From: an uncultured Ruminococcus sp.
Lineage (GTDB): Bacteria; Bacillota; Clostridia; Oscillospirales; Acutalibacteraceae
DNA length: 64,000 nucleotides
Direction: 5' to 3'
Assembly: GCA_902785425.1 (NCBI GenBank)
Contig: CACZYP010000001.1
Coordinates: forward strand, 1 to 64,000
Part shown: positions 28,470 to 38,823 of the stretch, one piece after another
Layout of the letters: every line of letters begins with the position of its first letter
Numbering within the stretch: the first letter of the stretch is position 1
Translations under genes and position numbers: made by a program
The notes under the pieces: model-generated
Databases searched by the model: none
The model's input: only the letters and a program-made list of their open reading frames with translations
What the model was told of the DNA's origin: nothing

Positions 28470-30536
28470 TTGAAAGCGAATAATAAGATCGAAGTGCTTG
28501 CTCCGTGCGGGTCTTTCGATGCGTTGACGGCGGCGGTACGTTCGGGTGCCGACGCCGTTTATATTGGTCTGCAAAGTTTCAGCGCACGGGCGTATGCCGA
28601 TAATTTCGGCGGCGAAACACTTAAAGAAGCGGTGCGCTATTGCAGACTGCACGGCGTAAAGGTGCATACGGCAGTGAATACGCTCGTTTCAGATGATGAG
28701 ATAGAAAAAGCGTTGGCTGCTGCACAGGAAGCATACTCGGCAGGCGTTGACGCATTTATCGTTCAGGACTGGGGCTTAGCCAGGCTTATAAAAAAAGCCT
28801 GCCCCGATGCGGAGCTTCACGCTTCAACTCAGATGACGGTACACACTCCGTTTGCGGCACGTTTTCTGTATGAGAACGGTTTTGACAGAGTTGTGCTCGC
28901 AAGAGAGATGAGTAAAAAAGAGATCGAAGAGGTCGTTAAAAGCAGCCCTGTGGAAACGGAGGTTTTCGTTCACGGGGCTTTGTGCATGTGTGTTTCCGGT
29001 CAGTGCTATTTGTCCGCTATGCTCGGCGGCAGAAGCGGCAATCGTGGGCGCTGCGCTCAGCCGTGCAGACTGCCTTTTTCGGTAAAGGGCGGCACGGGTC
29101 ATGACCTGAGTTTAAAGGATAACTGCACGATAGGCAAGCTTTCGGAGTTGTCAAATATCGGTGTTTCAAGCGCAAAGATCGAGGGCAGAATGAAGCGCCC
29201 CGAATACGTTGCGGCGGCTGTAAGCGCTTGCAGAACGGCTGTGGATACAGGCAACGCCGATAAAAAGGAGATAGACCGCCTACGTTCGGTCTTTTCACGA
29301 AGCGGCTTTACAGACGGATACTATACGGCAAATTTAGGACGTGATATGTTCGGCACACGCTCAAAGGACGACGTTACATCGGCTACAGACAAGCTTTTGT
29401 CTCAGATCAGAACGGAATATAAGGACGAAAGAAGAGATCGTGCTGCGGATATAACTCTTACCGTAAAAAGGGGAGAGGCGGTACATATTACGGTGTCGTG
29501 CGGCGATGTTTTTGCGGAAGCTTTCGGCAGCGAGCCGGAAGAAGCGCTGAAAGTTGCTTTGACGAGCGAGAAAGCTGAGCAGCAGCTTTGCAAAACGGGC
29601 GGTACGGCATTCTATCCGCAGAATGTTAAAGCAGAGATAGATGACGGACTTACACTGCCCATGTCGGCTATAAATGCGCTCAGAAGAGAAGCGTTTGACA
29701 AGCTTTCGGAAAAACTCAGCGAGCCGCCGAAAAGAGAACAGGTGAGCGTAACGCTTGAAAAACCTGTGCCGCACAGAAGAAGCGGCAGCCTGTCTATTCG
29801 TGCAAGCTTTTCAGACTGCGATATCCCCGATGTTTTTCGTGAATGCGAGCTTGTGTTTGTACCTCTTTTTTCTGAGCTGGAAGATATTATCGGTCTGAAA
29901 GAAAAAAGATTTAATGTAGGCGTGAAAGTTCCGAGAGTTATTTTCGGCAGGGAAGAAGCGGTAAAGGAGCGTCTTTCAAATCTGAAAGATGCAGGAATTA
30001 CAGATGTTTGGTGCGGCAACATAGGCACGGCTGCGCTTGCTGTTTCTCTGGGGATGTCTGTTCACGGCGGTTTTTCGCTCAATGTGTTCAATACGCATTC
30101 GCTCAGCTTCCTGCAAAAGTCGGGGCTTGCCGACTGTGAAGTATCGATGGAACTGACGGCAGGAAAGATCAATTCTCTCGGCGGAACAATAAAAAGAGGT
30201 ATGATCGGTTACGGTCATCTTCCTTTGATGATAATGCGCAATTGTCCGAACAAAAACGGACACGGCTGCAAAGCCTGCGGCGGAAAAAGCGTTATCACCG
30301 ACAGAAAGGGAAATAACTTTACTCTCATGTGCGACGGCGGCTGTACCGAACTGTTAAACGGAGATGTTCTTATCATGTCCGATAAGCTTGACGATCTTTC
30401 GGGAGCGGATTTTATTACGCTTTCGTTTACATATGAATCACACTCCGAACGTGAACGGATATTCGGGATGTATAAAAACCGTGAAAAGCCTTCCGGCAAA
30501 CTTACGAGAGGATTGTATTACAGGGGCGTTGAGTGA
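28470..30536 (+). CDS. Peptidase U32 family protein (collagenase-like PrtC) with a TTG start.
   Basis: It has the U32 N-terminal signature (IEVLAPCGSFDALTAAVRSGADAVYIG), and AGAAGGG sits 9 nt upstream. Confidence 0.85.
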   Translation: MKANNKIEVLAPCGSFDALTAAVRSGADAVYIGLQSFSARAYADNFGGETLKEAVRYCRLHGVKVHTAVNTLVSDDEIEKALAAAQEAYSAGVDAFIVQDWGLARLIKKACPDAELHASTQMTVHTPFAARFLYENGFDRVVLAREMSKKEIEEVVKSSPVETEVFVHGALCMCVSGQCYLSAMLGGRSGNRGRCAQPCRLPFSVKGGTGHDLSLKDNCTIGKLSELSNIGVSSAKIEGRMKRPEYVAAAVSACRTAVDTGNADKKEIDRLRSVFSRSGFTDGYYTANLGRDMFGTRSKDDVTSATDKLLSQIRTEYKDERRDRAADITLTVKRGEAVHITVSCGDVFAEAFGSEPEEALKVALTSEKAEQQLCKTGGTAFYPQNVKAEIDDGLTLPMSAINALRREAFDKLSEKLSEPPKREQVSVTLEKPVPHRRSGSLSIRASFSDCDIPDVFRECELVFVPLFSELEDIIGLKEKRFNVGVKVPRVIFGREEAVKERLSNLKDAGITDVWCGNIGTAALAVSLGMSVHGGFSLNVFNTHSLSFLQKSGLADCEVSMELTAGKINSLGGTIKRGMIGYGHLPLMIMRNCPNKNGHGCKACGGKSVITDRKGNNFTLMCDGGCTELLNGDVLIMSDKLDDLSGADFITLSFTYESHSERERIFGMYKNREKPSGKLTRGLYYRGVE

Positions 30537-30550
30537 GCAGAGAACAGGAA

Positions 30551-30595
30551 ATAGTGGATAGTGGATAGTGGATAGTGTCGGAGTCGCTGCTGATT
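30551..30595. repeat. Family A fragment: 4x GTGGATA heptamers followed by gtcggagtcgctgctgatt.
   Basis: It is visible. Confidence 0.75.
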
Positions 30596-30618
30596 AAAGT
30601 ATTATAGAACAAAAGAAA

Positions 30619-30644
30619 AACGGCGGTGCAAAAGCATCGCCGTT
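30619..30644. terminator. Bidirectional terminator hairpin.
   Basis: The hairpin is acggcg-gtgcaaaagcat-cgccgt with flanking A/T runs. Confidence 0.55.
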
Positions 30645-30657
30645 CACTTGTTTAGTT

Positions 30658-31047
30658 TTACTTGTCTTCGTCAGCAGGGATCTCTTCGTAGATATACTGG
30701 TTGCCGTCTTCGTCTTCGTAGATGTACTCATACGAATTCTTGCCTCTGCCCTTTGCCTTCAATGTCTTGATGTCATGATGCTCGGACTTGTTCTCGTTGA
30801 CTGCTTTCTTAGTGAACCACCACTGGAGTCCGAAATAAAGAAGCTCAGCCGTGAAGATGAGAGCGATGATAACAAATGTTGCGGTAAAGTCGGTCTTTCC
30901 GTCAGAAGCGTTGATCGCATGGAGGATAGCCCAGCCCAGCAGGAAGATCATAACATATGCCCATGCTATTCTGATCGACTGGATCGTGACTTTCATTTCC
31001 ATCTCATCGGAAGCTCTGAAGCCCAGCTTTCTGATATACTTGTTCAT
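30658..31047 (-). CDS. Hypothetical small membrane protein with an acidic C-terminus.
   Basis: It has two TM helices and no recognized family. Confidence 0.45.
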   Translation of the reverse strand: MNKYIRKLGFRASDEMEMKVTIQSIRIAWAYVMIFLLGWAILHAINASDGKTDFTATFVIIALIFTAELLYFGLQWWFTKKAVNENKSEHHDIKTLKAKGRGKNSYEYIYEDEDGNQYIYEEIPADEDK

Positions 31048-31531
31048 AACTACTGCCCCTCTCGGATAAATAAACTTACACTTCTATTATATCAATTTTT
31101 TGCAAAATTTCAAGTAAAAAGTAAAAGTTTTTATACTGAATTTATATAAAATCGTAATTTAGTGAAAATTCACCAAACGAAACAAACAATTGCACAAGAA
31201 TAAATGCAAGAAATTGGCAAAGGTGAACAACACCTGAAAATTTTGCAAGTGCGGGTAAGTTTAAGGAAGCACTGATTAAATCGAGTGCCCATATTGTGCC
31301 GTCAGATTTGCGGACAGTGTCCGCAGACAGATATGCATTATACACTTTGATTTATGATAGCTTGCTCCGTACGCAAAAAAGCTTTCAATTATGATTCTTT
31401 AAGTGCGTTCTGCAAGCGGGTGCATACCCGCCTGACGTATTTCAAGGGAGTTGAGTGTAATATGACAAAAATATGCAAGCAAGATAGGTGCTCAGCCCGT
31501 AGGGCGTGATTTATTCAGTGGTTCCTTAAAT

Positions 31532-32371
31532 CTATCTGTATAGATAATCCTCGAACGGAGCGATAAGGTTTTCTATCCCGTCGATTATCTCTTTGCCGTC
31601 TGCGCCGCATACTTCAAACATCGTTTCCGAAAGGATCCCGAAGCAAACGAGCGAAAAGCACAACGGCACCTGAAATCCGTCAAGGCTGCCGCTTGAGGGA
31701 ATGCTTGTCTCGTCGAGTATCGTTCCGAAGCGGACAGCATTGCCCACAACGCCGGAGTGCGCCCTGTAGCAGGAAAGTACGTAGAGGATTTTTAAGTTTT
31801 CAAGAGTCATCTCGTTCTGGATAGCGCCGAAATTTCTTGTCGGCAGGATATCGCCGATCCACCAGTAGTCGTGAAGATAGTTGCTTTGTCTGTTGTATGA
31901 CAGAAAATCGGAGTATTTCTTTTTGAGCTTGTTGTGCTCCTTGCGTGCGGCTGATTTATTGCGCTGCGCTTCTTCACGTTCCTCCTCGTCCTGCGAGTAT
32001 TCGAGGATATAGCTGTAGTATTTTATTCTGTCACGGGATACTTTTACGTAGAAATCATCGGTGTAGCGCTGGAGAAGATCTTCGTTGTCACGGTGAGCAT
32101 ATAAAAAGCGCATTACGACCATAGATTCATACAAAATTCGTGAAAGGGCCATTGCCCCCTCGGGGTAGCCGTTGTAAAGCAGGATCAGTATTTCTTTAGT
32201 TGTGATGATAGCCTTGGAGTATGCCTCGCTCATTATGCGTGCGAAGGCGTCATGTGATTTTGATTGTTCGTTTTCTTTCCAGAGCTGTTCGCAGTCTTTG
32301 ACGAGCGATACAGCACCGTCATAATTCCATACAGCAGCATTTTTTTTCAGCTGCTCAGGTGTAAAGTCCAT
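31532..32371 (-). CDS. Hypothetical protein of 279 aa, monocistronic in an AT-rich island.
   Basis: It has no recognizable motifs and is flanked by 415-480 bp AT-rich spacers. Confidence 0.5.
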   Translation of the reverse strand: MDFTPEQLKKNAAVWNYDGAVSLVKDCEQLWKENEQSKSHDAFARIMSEAYSKAIITTKEILILLYNGYPEGAMALSRILYESMVVMRFLYAHRDNEDLLQRYTDDFYVKVSRDRIKYYSYILEYSQDEEEREEAQRNKSAARKEHNKLKKKYSDFLSYNRQSNYLHDYWWIGDILPTRNFGAIQNEMTLENLKILYVLSCYRAHSGVVGNAVRFGTILDETSIPSSGSLDGFQVPLCFSLVCFGILSETMFEVCGADGKEIIDGIENLIAPFEDYLYR

Positions 32372-32768
32372 GTCATCACCCCGATATCGAATTTCTGTTA
32401 AGTCTTGTTATAATTTGCAAAAAAAGAATTATATTTGTCTTTATATAATAATTATAGCAGTGTTGGATTTGAAATAATACGTTTTATTAGAAAAAAGGTA
32501 TACAAATTTTTTGGAATTTTCCATAAGTTTTTTTACGTCTGAGTAAACGCTGATTTGCTCCAAAAAGTACCGCCTTGAGGCTTTACACGACAGCGTCGTT
32601 TGTCGCTATTTACGCTTTCGCTTTATAGATACACGACATATTGAGATGCGACAAACGCAGTGCGACAGATTGCTTTGGCAGTTCGATGTACAATAACAAT
32701 TGCTTTAGTGCATATTTTAAGGAGTCACTGAATAAATCACGTCCTGCGGACTGAGTGCCTTCTTGATT

Positions 32769-32798
32769 CTCCATTATCCATTGTCAATTGTCCATTAA
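32769..32798. repeat. Family A fragment (inverted heptamers ccattatccattgtcaattgtccatt) directly upstream of the spoIIE RBS.
   Basis: It is visible. Confidence 0.6.
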
Positions 32799-32814
32799 CA
32801 ACGGGGGGATTGTT

Positions 32815-35136
32815 ATGAGAGCTGTTCAAAGGAGTATGCCGGCGATATCGGAGATCGTTTCGGCGGTGTCGGATAAGTCGCTGTTGATGAGAGCCTTGTA
32901 TTTTTTCAGCGGTCTGCTTGTATCAAGGGGAGCAATGTTCGGAGACTTTGTTCCGTTCGGAGTGTCGTTTGCGGCGGCTGTGCCGTATGAGAATGTTATC
33001 GAAGCGTCGATAGGTTCGCTCTTGGGCTACATACTGCTGCTAAAGGGCGCAAGCTTTCGCTGTGCGGCTTCGGTCATTACCGTGTTTGCGCTGCGGTGGC
33101 TTTTCAGCGATCTGCCGAAAATAAACGGCAGCCGTGCATTTGCACCGCTTATATCGTCCATGCCTTTGCTCTGCACGGGCTTTGTGATGATTATAGCAAC
33201 GAGCAAAGGAAGCAGCGCCGTTGTGATGTGTGTGCTTGAAGCTATGTTTGCGGCAGTGGGAGCGTATTTTCTCAATGAGACAGTTATCGTATCATCGGGA
33301 CGTTCCGGGATCAGAACGTTCGATCAGCAGGAGATCGCCTGCATTTTTATGACGGGGTGTATTTTTCTGCTTTCGGTAAGCTCACTGACGATAGGCGGGA
33401 TCTCGGCAGGCAGGATAATTGCAGTTACAGCCGTGCTTTTTTGTGCGTATTACGGTTCTGTTGCAGGCGGCTGCGTCGGCGGAACTGCGGCAGGCGTTGT
33501 GTTCGGGCTGAGCGGTGAGAAGTATTCGTTTCTTACACTGAGCTATGCTTTCGGCGGCCTTATGTCAGGACTATTTTCTTATGCCGGGCGAATAGGTTCG
33601 GCAGCGGCTTTTCTGCTGTGCAGCGCTGCTTTGTCGATCAAAGACGGCGTAACGAAAGAGTCGGCTGCCGTGTTTTACGAAACTGTAATAGCGCTGCTGC
33701 TGTTTCTGTTTATACCTAAAGAAACGGGTGTAAGGATCGCCGAGGTGTTTACGCCGAAAAGAAAAAATGCCGACACCGAAAGCTTACGGCGTGGCGTTAT
33801 AATGAGGCTTGATCTTGCGTCGAGAGCTATAAAGGGGATAAACGAAGCTGTTAATTCCGTTGCAAGGCGGCTCGGGGAGTTTTATTCAAACGAGATAAAC
33901 GGCGTGTTCAGCAGAAGCGTTGACGAAAACTGTACACGCTGCGGCCTCAGACAGTTTTGTATGAGTGAGGGTGAAGAGACTCATATAAATTCTCTTGCAG
34001 CAGTAGCGCCGATACTTGAAAAGACAGGCAGCGTAGATGAGGACGATCTCGGCAAGGTTTTCAATAAGCGCTGCTGCAAAAAGTCCGAAATGGCGGAGTC
34101 GGTAAACGCAAACTATGAAACGTATGTAGGCTTTCTTGCGGCGCAGGCGAGAGCATCGCAGGTCAGGGGCGTTGTGGCAGGTCAGTTTTCGGGATTGGCG
34201 GAGATACTTTCCGGATTAAAAGATGAATTCGAGAGGTACGAAAGCTTTGATGAGGCGGCTGCCGACAGGATAACGGCAGCGCTCAGAGTGAAAGGCTTTT
34301 TTGCGCTCGGCTGCAGCGTAAGAACAGATACATTCGGCAGGCTTACCGTAGAGCTTGAACTTGCCGACGAGAACAGAAGGCTTTTAAAAAGCGGCGATCT
34401 TTCACGGGAGATATCTTCTCTTTGCGGCAGACGTCTTTCACCGCCCGTGATATCGCCTGCCGGAAATCGGGTAAGAGTTACACTGAGCGAACGTCCTATG
34501 CTTGACGTTCAGATAGGTTCGGCACAGCATGTTTGCTCGGACGGCAGACTGTGCGGCGACAGCTTCAATTATTTCCGTGACGGTCAGGGCAGGTTCATCG
34601 TTGTTATAAGCGACGGCATGGGTACGGGAGGACGAGCCGCTGTAGACGGCAGCATGGCGGTGAGCATCATATCTCGTCTTGTAAAATCGGGCTTGGGGTT
34701 TGACGCCTCGCTCGGCGCTGCAAATGCCGCCCTTATGTGCAAATCTGACGATGAATCGCTTGCTACCGCAGATATCCTGAGCCTTGATCTCTTTTCGGGA
34801 GAAGCGGAGATAATGAAAGCCGGAGCGCCTGTTACATTCTTCCGGAAAAGCGGCAAGGTGTGCCGGATAGAGCCTGCAAGTCTGCCTGCCGGTATTCTTA
34901 CTGATATACGCCTTACGCACGACGAAATGGAACTTTCCGACGGCGACCTGATAGTTATGGTGTCTGACGGTGCGATAGCGCTCAGCGACGAGTGGATAGG
35001 CGCAATGATGCGTGATTTTGAGGGCGACGATGTTCAGGAGCTTGTAAACGACATCATAGACGAAGCGACGATAGGTTCGTCATTCGGCAGAGACGACGAT
35101 ATCACGGTGATAGGCATTCGGGTGATGGACGACTGA
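32815..35136 (+). CDS. spoIIE: Stage II sporulation protein E, a membrane PP2C phosphatase.
   Basis: It has about 10 N-terminal TMs and a C-terminal PP2C domain (GDSFNYF…VISDGMGTGG…MVSDG), with an RBS GGGGGG. Confidence 0.88.
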   Translation: MRAVQRSMPAISEIVSAVSDKSLLMRALYFFSGLLVSRGAMFGDFVPFGVSFAAAVPYENVIEASIGSLLGYILLLKGASFRCAASVITVFALRWLFSDLPKINGSRAFAPLISSMPLLCTGFVMIIATSKGSSAVVMCVLEAMFAAVGAYFLNETVIVSSGRSGIRTFDQQEIACIFMTGCIFLLSVSSLTIGGISAGRIIAVTAVLFCAYYGSVAGGCVGGTAAGVVFGLSGEKYSFLTLSYAFGGLMSGLFSYAGRIGSAAAFLLCSAALSIKDGVTKESAAVFYETVIALLLFLFIPKETGVRIAEVFTPKRKNADTESLRRGVIMRLDLASRAIKGINEAVNSVARRLGEFYSNEINGVFSRSVDENCTRCGLRQFCMSEGEETHINSLAAVAPILEKTGSVDEDDLGKVFNKRCCKKSEMAESVNANYETYVGFLAAQARASQVRGVVAGQFSGLAEILSGLKDEFERYESFDEAAADRITAALRVKGFFALGCSVRTDTFGRLTVELELADENRRLLKSGDLSREISSLCGRRLSPPVISPAGNRVRVTLSERPMLDVQIGSAQHVCSDGRLCGDSFNYFRDGQGRFIVVISDGMGTGGRAAVDGSMAVSIISRLVKSGLGFDASLGAANAALMCKSDDESLATADILSLDLFSGEAEIMKAGAPVTFFRKSGKVCRIEPASLPAGILTDIRLTHDEMELSDGDLIVMVSDGAIALSDEWIGAMMRDFEGDDVQELVNDIIDEATIGSSFGRDDDITVIGIRVMDD

Positions 35137-35138
35137 AT

Positions 35139-35206
35139 AAATGGAAAATTGAAAATGGAAAATGGAAAATTGCGGTCAGGCTCGCTGCGCTCGCCTTTTT
35201 TAATAA
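35139..35206. repeat. Family A fragment (left heptamers plus core gcggtcaggctcgctgcgctcgcc followed by a T-run).
   Basis: It is visible and may serve as the spoIIE terminator. Confidence 0.7.
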
Positions 35207-35261
35207 TAGAGGAGTCAATTTTTTAGGACGGTAAAAAAACGCATATTCGAAAGTGTTTGCC

Positions 35262-35342
35262 AAGCCCTTTTAGGGGTGAATTTCCAAAACAGTCAGGCGG
35301 ACTGTTTTGGAAAGAAGGGCATTCTGGCAGGAATGCCCCTAA
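35262..35342. repeat. Family B repeat, copy B3.
   Basis: Hairpins ccaaaacagtcaggcggactgttttgg and gggcattctggcaggaatgccc match B4 in inverted orientation. Confidence 0.75.
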
Positions 35343-35405
35343 GCTGTTGCTTACATTTGTTTTCTCGCCGCTCCAAGGCGACAAAAAACTATTTCGATAT
35401 ACTAT

Positions 35406-35440
35406 ATCGGCAGCCGAAATGTCCGGCTGCCGATTTTTTG
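35406..35440 (+). terminator. Strong intrinsic terminator with an 11-bp perfect stem and 6 Ts, sitting 270 bp after spoIIE and just after B3.
   Basis: It reads atcggcagccg-aaatgtc-cggctgccgat-tttttg. Confidence 0.7.
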
Positions 35441-35535
35441 AGTTATGATCGTAAATCGCAGAAGAAATATTGTCAACCCGTTTATAATATGATATAATTC
35501 TTTCGGACACAATTATTTAAAGTGAGGTGCGGTAT

Positions 35536-36312
35536 ATGAAAGAAATTCTGAAAGTCGATAGCGTTACAAAAACGTTTCGGCTGACATCTAAACAGCAGCG
35601 GCAGCGAAAACTTGATCAAAAGGTGCTTACGGCTGTCGATAACCTTTCCTTTACGGCGTATGAGGGCGAGATTTTCGGTCTGCTCGGGCCGAACGGTGCA
35701 GGAAAAACAACAACTCTGCGAATGCTTTCCACTCTCATCAAGCCCGACAGCGGCGACGCTCTTATAAACGGTCTGAGCATCGTAAAACAGCCGGCAGAGG
35801 TTCGCAGGAATATAGGATTCCTGACAAGTGACGTTAAGCTTGAGGATTTCTTTACTCCCGATTATCTTTTTGACTTCTTCTCCGATATGCACTCGGTTCC
35901 CGATGATGTGAGAAAAGAGCGCAAGGAAACTTTGTTCAAGAGGTTTGGTATCGATAAATTCTCGCAGGTGAAGGTTGCCGATCTTTCAACGGGCATGAAG
36001 CAGAAAACGTCTCTTGTTGTATCGCTTGCTCACGATCCCGATATAATTATCTTCGACGAGCCGACAAACGGTCTTGACGTTATCACGGCGAAAGTAGTTA
36101 CCGACTTCCTCGGCGAGCTTCGTCAGAGCGGCAAAACTGTAATCATATCTACTCACATTTTCAGCCTTATTGAAAAAGTCTGCGACAGGGTGGGCATCAT
36201 CATTGACGGCAAGATGATAAAATGCTCTTCGCTCGATGAGATCACCGCCGAAAAATCGCTTGAAGACGTGTTCTTTGAGCTTTATCGTGAAAGGAAAGGT
36301 GACGAGATATGA
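35536..36312 (+). CDS. ABC transporter ATP-binding protein.
   Basis: It has Walker A GPNGAGKTT, signature LSTGMKQK and Walker B IIFDEPT, with an RBS GTGAGGTG. Confidence 0.9.
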   Translation: MKEILKVDSVTKTFRLTSKQQRQRKLDQKVLTAVDNLSFTAYEGEIFGLLGPNGAGKTTTLRMLSTLIKPDSGDALINGLSIVKQPAEVRRNIGFLTSDVKLEDFFTPDYLFDFFSDMHSVPDDVRKERKETLFKRFGIDKFSQVKVADLSTGMKQKTSLVVSLAHDPDIIIFDEPTNGLDVITAKVVTDFLGELRQSGKTVIISTHIFSLIEKVCDRVGIIIDGKMIKCSSLDEITAEKSLEDVFFELYRERKGDEI

Positions 36313-37502
36313 AAAACGGTGCATTGATCGTCTTTAAAAAGGAGCTTGCCAGGTTCTTCGGCGACAGAAGACTTTTGATAACCTCGGTCATAATGCCGGG
36401 CTTGCTGATATATCTGATCTACTCTTTCATCGGAAGCAGCATGAATACTCTTGTGGAGGACAGCACAGCCTCCTACAAAGCGGCGGCTGTAAATATGCCT
36501 GCCGTTATAGCGGCTCAGCTTGAACAGATGAATTTTGAAATTGAAACAATAACGCCGGATCAGACGGAACAATACAAAGAAAAAGTAAGGTCAAAGGACA
36601 TATCGCTTTGCGTTGTCTTTCCCGATGATTTTGAGAGCGTTATGGCAAATTACAATTCAAAAACGCCTTCTTCCGATGTGCCTAATGTCAGCGTGTTCTA
36701 CAATTCATCTGACATCAATTCTTCAAACGCATATCCTCTTATGATAACTACGCTCGATTCGGTCGAGAAGGAACTCAGCAACGTATTCGATGTTAACGCT
36801 TTGACAGATGATATCTCATACGACGTTGCAACGGAAGAGGACACAACGGGAACGCTGATGGCGATGATACTTCCCGTAGTTATAATGACGCTTTTGTATT
36901 CGTCTTGCGTGGCTCTTGCTCCCGAAAGCATAGCAGGCGAAAAGGAAAGAGGCACGATAGCTTCGCTGCTTATAACACCTGTTCCGAGATCGCAGATAAT
37001 TCTCGGTAAGGTGTGTGCGCTTTCTGTGATGTCGCTGCTTGGCGGTATGTCAAGCTTTTTGGGAACATTTCTTTCGATACCTAAGCTTATGCAGGGAATG
37101 GATGGTGAAAGCGGCTCTATAAAGACCGACGTATACGGGGCAAAGGAGTATATTTGCCTGATAGTTCTTATACTCAGCACGGTATTGCTGCTCATCACGG
37201 TCATATCGATCATATCAACGCTTGCAAAGAGCGTTAAGGAAGCAGGCACGATGGTAATGCCTCTTATGATGGTAGTAATGCTCGTGAGCTTTTTGACAAT
37301 GTATCAGACGGAAGTAAAAACAGAGTTTTTCTGGTATTGTATTCCTCTGTACAACACGGTAGAGTGTATGAAAAACGTATTCTCGTTCTCGATAGTTTCG
37401 CAGAATATCGCCGTAACATGCGCAGCGAACATATTGTATTCCGGTGCAGGAATATTCGTGCTTACAAAACTGTTCAATAATGAGCGTGTGATGTTTGGGT
37501 AA
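36309..37502 (+). CDS. ABC-2 family transporter permease.
   Basis: It has 6 TMs and overlaps the ATPase stop. Confidence 0.8.
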   Translation: MKNGALIVFKKELARFFGDRRLLITSVIMPGLLIYLIYSFIGSSMNTLVEDSTASYKAAAVNMPAVIAAQLEQMNFEIETITPDQTEQYKEKVRSKDISLCVVFPDDFESVMANYNSKTPSSDVPNVSVFYNSSDINSSNAYPLMITTLDSVEKELSNVFDVNALTDDISYDVATEEDTTGTLMAMILPVVIMTLLYSSCVALAPESIAGEKERGTIASLLITPVPRSQIILGKVCALSVMSLLGGMSSFLGTFLSIPKLMQGMDGESGSIKTDVYGAKEYICLIVLILSTVLLLITVISIISTLAKSVKEAGTMVMPLMMVVMLVSFLTMYQTEVKTEFFWYCIPLYNTVECMKNVFSFSIVSQNIAVTCAANILYSGAGIFVLTKLFNNERVMFG

Positions 37503-37584
37503 AAACAGTTCAATAATAAACAATAAGCCCCGAAGTGATTTGATCATCGCTTCGGGGTGTTGTGTTTATAAATTTTTCACTTGT

Positions 37585-38823
37585 TCACGCCAGCGTAAGC
37601 TCTGCCGTAAACGTTATCATCTCGTCGGCGGAGTATGCAGCGTAAAGCCTGCCTTTGTGGTTCCTTATTATCATAAGCGCCATTGAAAGCCCTATCCCGT
37701 AGCCGCCCGTCTGCGTGCTTCGTGAGCTGTCGCCTCTGTAGAAGCGGTCGAAAAACTTCGGGACGCTTTCTTTGTCAAGCCCCGTGCAGGAGTTCGTTAT
37801 CTTCAGCACTGCTTTTTTTGAGCGTGTGTAAAGCTTTACCGAAAGCTTTTTTCTGTCGTCGGTGTACTTTATCGCATTGTCAAGCAGTATTCCGGTTACT
37901 CTTATGATGTCTTCAAGGTCGCCCATAACGGCAATGTCGGGAGCAATATCGGCTTCGATGGCAATGCCTTTGCTCTCCGCCGGAACGGCGAAAGATTCCA
38001 CTGAATTTGCAACTATTTCGGAAAGAATGATACGCTGCTTTTCTTTTTCGGAAAGAGTCTGTTCGTCCATCTTTGAAAGCTCCACAAGACCTTTGACGAG
38101 CTTGCTCATGCGCTCTGTCTGCTGCTTGATGTTTGTGAGCCATTTGCTTTCGCCGTCGATCATTTCAAGCACTTCTGTGTTAGATTGTATAATGGCGATA
38201 GGAGTTTTCAGTTCGTGTCCTGCGTCCGTTATGAATCTGCGCTGCTTTTCACGGTTTTCCTCAAACGGGCGAAGTACCCTGCCCGAAAATACAAGCAGCA
38301 GTGTGAGAACTATCACGATACACGTCAAGATCGTAATGAGCGTGATAGCACCGAGAAGATCGACTGTGGTAAGATCATCTGTGCAGTCAACGCCGATGAT
38401 CATTGAGCCGTCGCCGTAATCGAACCGCCCGAAGCGATATAAGCCGTTGTAGCCTTTTTCCTTGCCGGATAAGGCGATATCGTTTATCTGTGTTGTAATA
38501 CTTTCAATGTTTGAAAGTGCAATGTGGCTGAAATCGGCTCTCACAAGAGTTCCGTCGCTGCTTATATATGCGGCGTAGTAACGTGTTTTGTACGGCGTTT
38601 CGGAATGCAGGAGCTTCGGCTTTTCTTCATCAAGGTTTTCCTCTGCATAATTGAAAAGAGGGAATTGGCCGCCGTTTTCGTAAAGAGTTTCGATTATCTC
38701 ATCGGTGCTGCGTGATATCTGACAGCGAAGCGTTATGTTTACCGCCGCAAATGCGATTATAAGAGTTGCTGTCATGGATATCATAGCAAGCAGGATAAAG
38801 CGGAATTTCAGCTTTTTAAGCAT
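37585..38823 (-). CDS. Sensor histidine kinase with 2 TMs and an extracytoplasmic sensor domain.
   Basis: It has an H-box (AGHELKTPIAI) and a HATPase_c G-box (GGYGIGLS). Confidence 0.88.
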   Translation of the reverse strand: MLKKLKFRFILLAMISMTATLIIAFAAVNITLRCQISRSTDEIIETLYENGGQFPLFNYAEENLDEEKPKLLHSETPYKTRYYAAYISSDGTLVRADFSHIALSNIESITTQINDIALSGKEKGYNGLYRFGRFDYGDGSMIIGVDCTDDLTTVDLLGAITLITILTCIVIVLTLLLVFSGRVLRPFEENREKQRRFITDAGHELKTPIAIIQSNTEVLEMIDGESKWLTNIKQQTERMSKLVKGLVELSKMDEQTLSEKEKQRIILSEIVANSVESFAVPAESKGIAIEADIAPDIAVMGDLEDIIRVTGILLDNAIKYTDDRKKLSVKLYTRSKKAVLKITNSCTGLDKESVPKFFDRFYRGDSSRSTQTGGYGIGLSMALMIIRNHKGRLYAAYSADEMITFTAELTLA

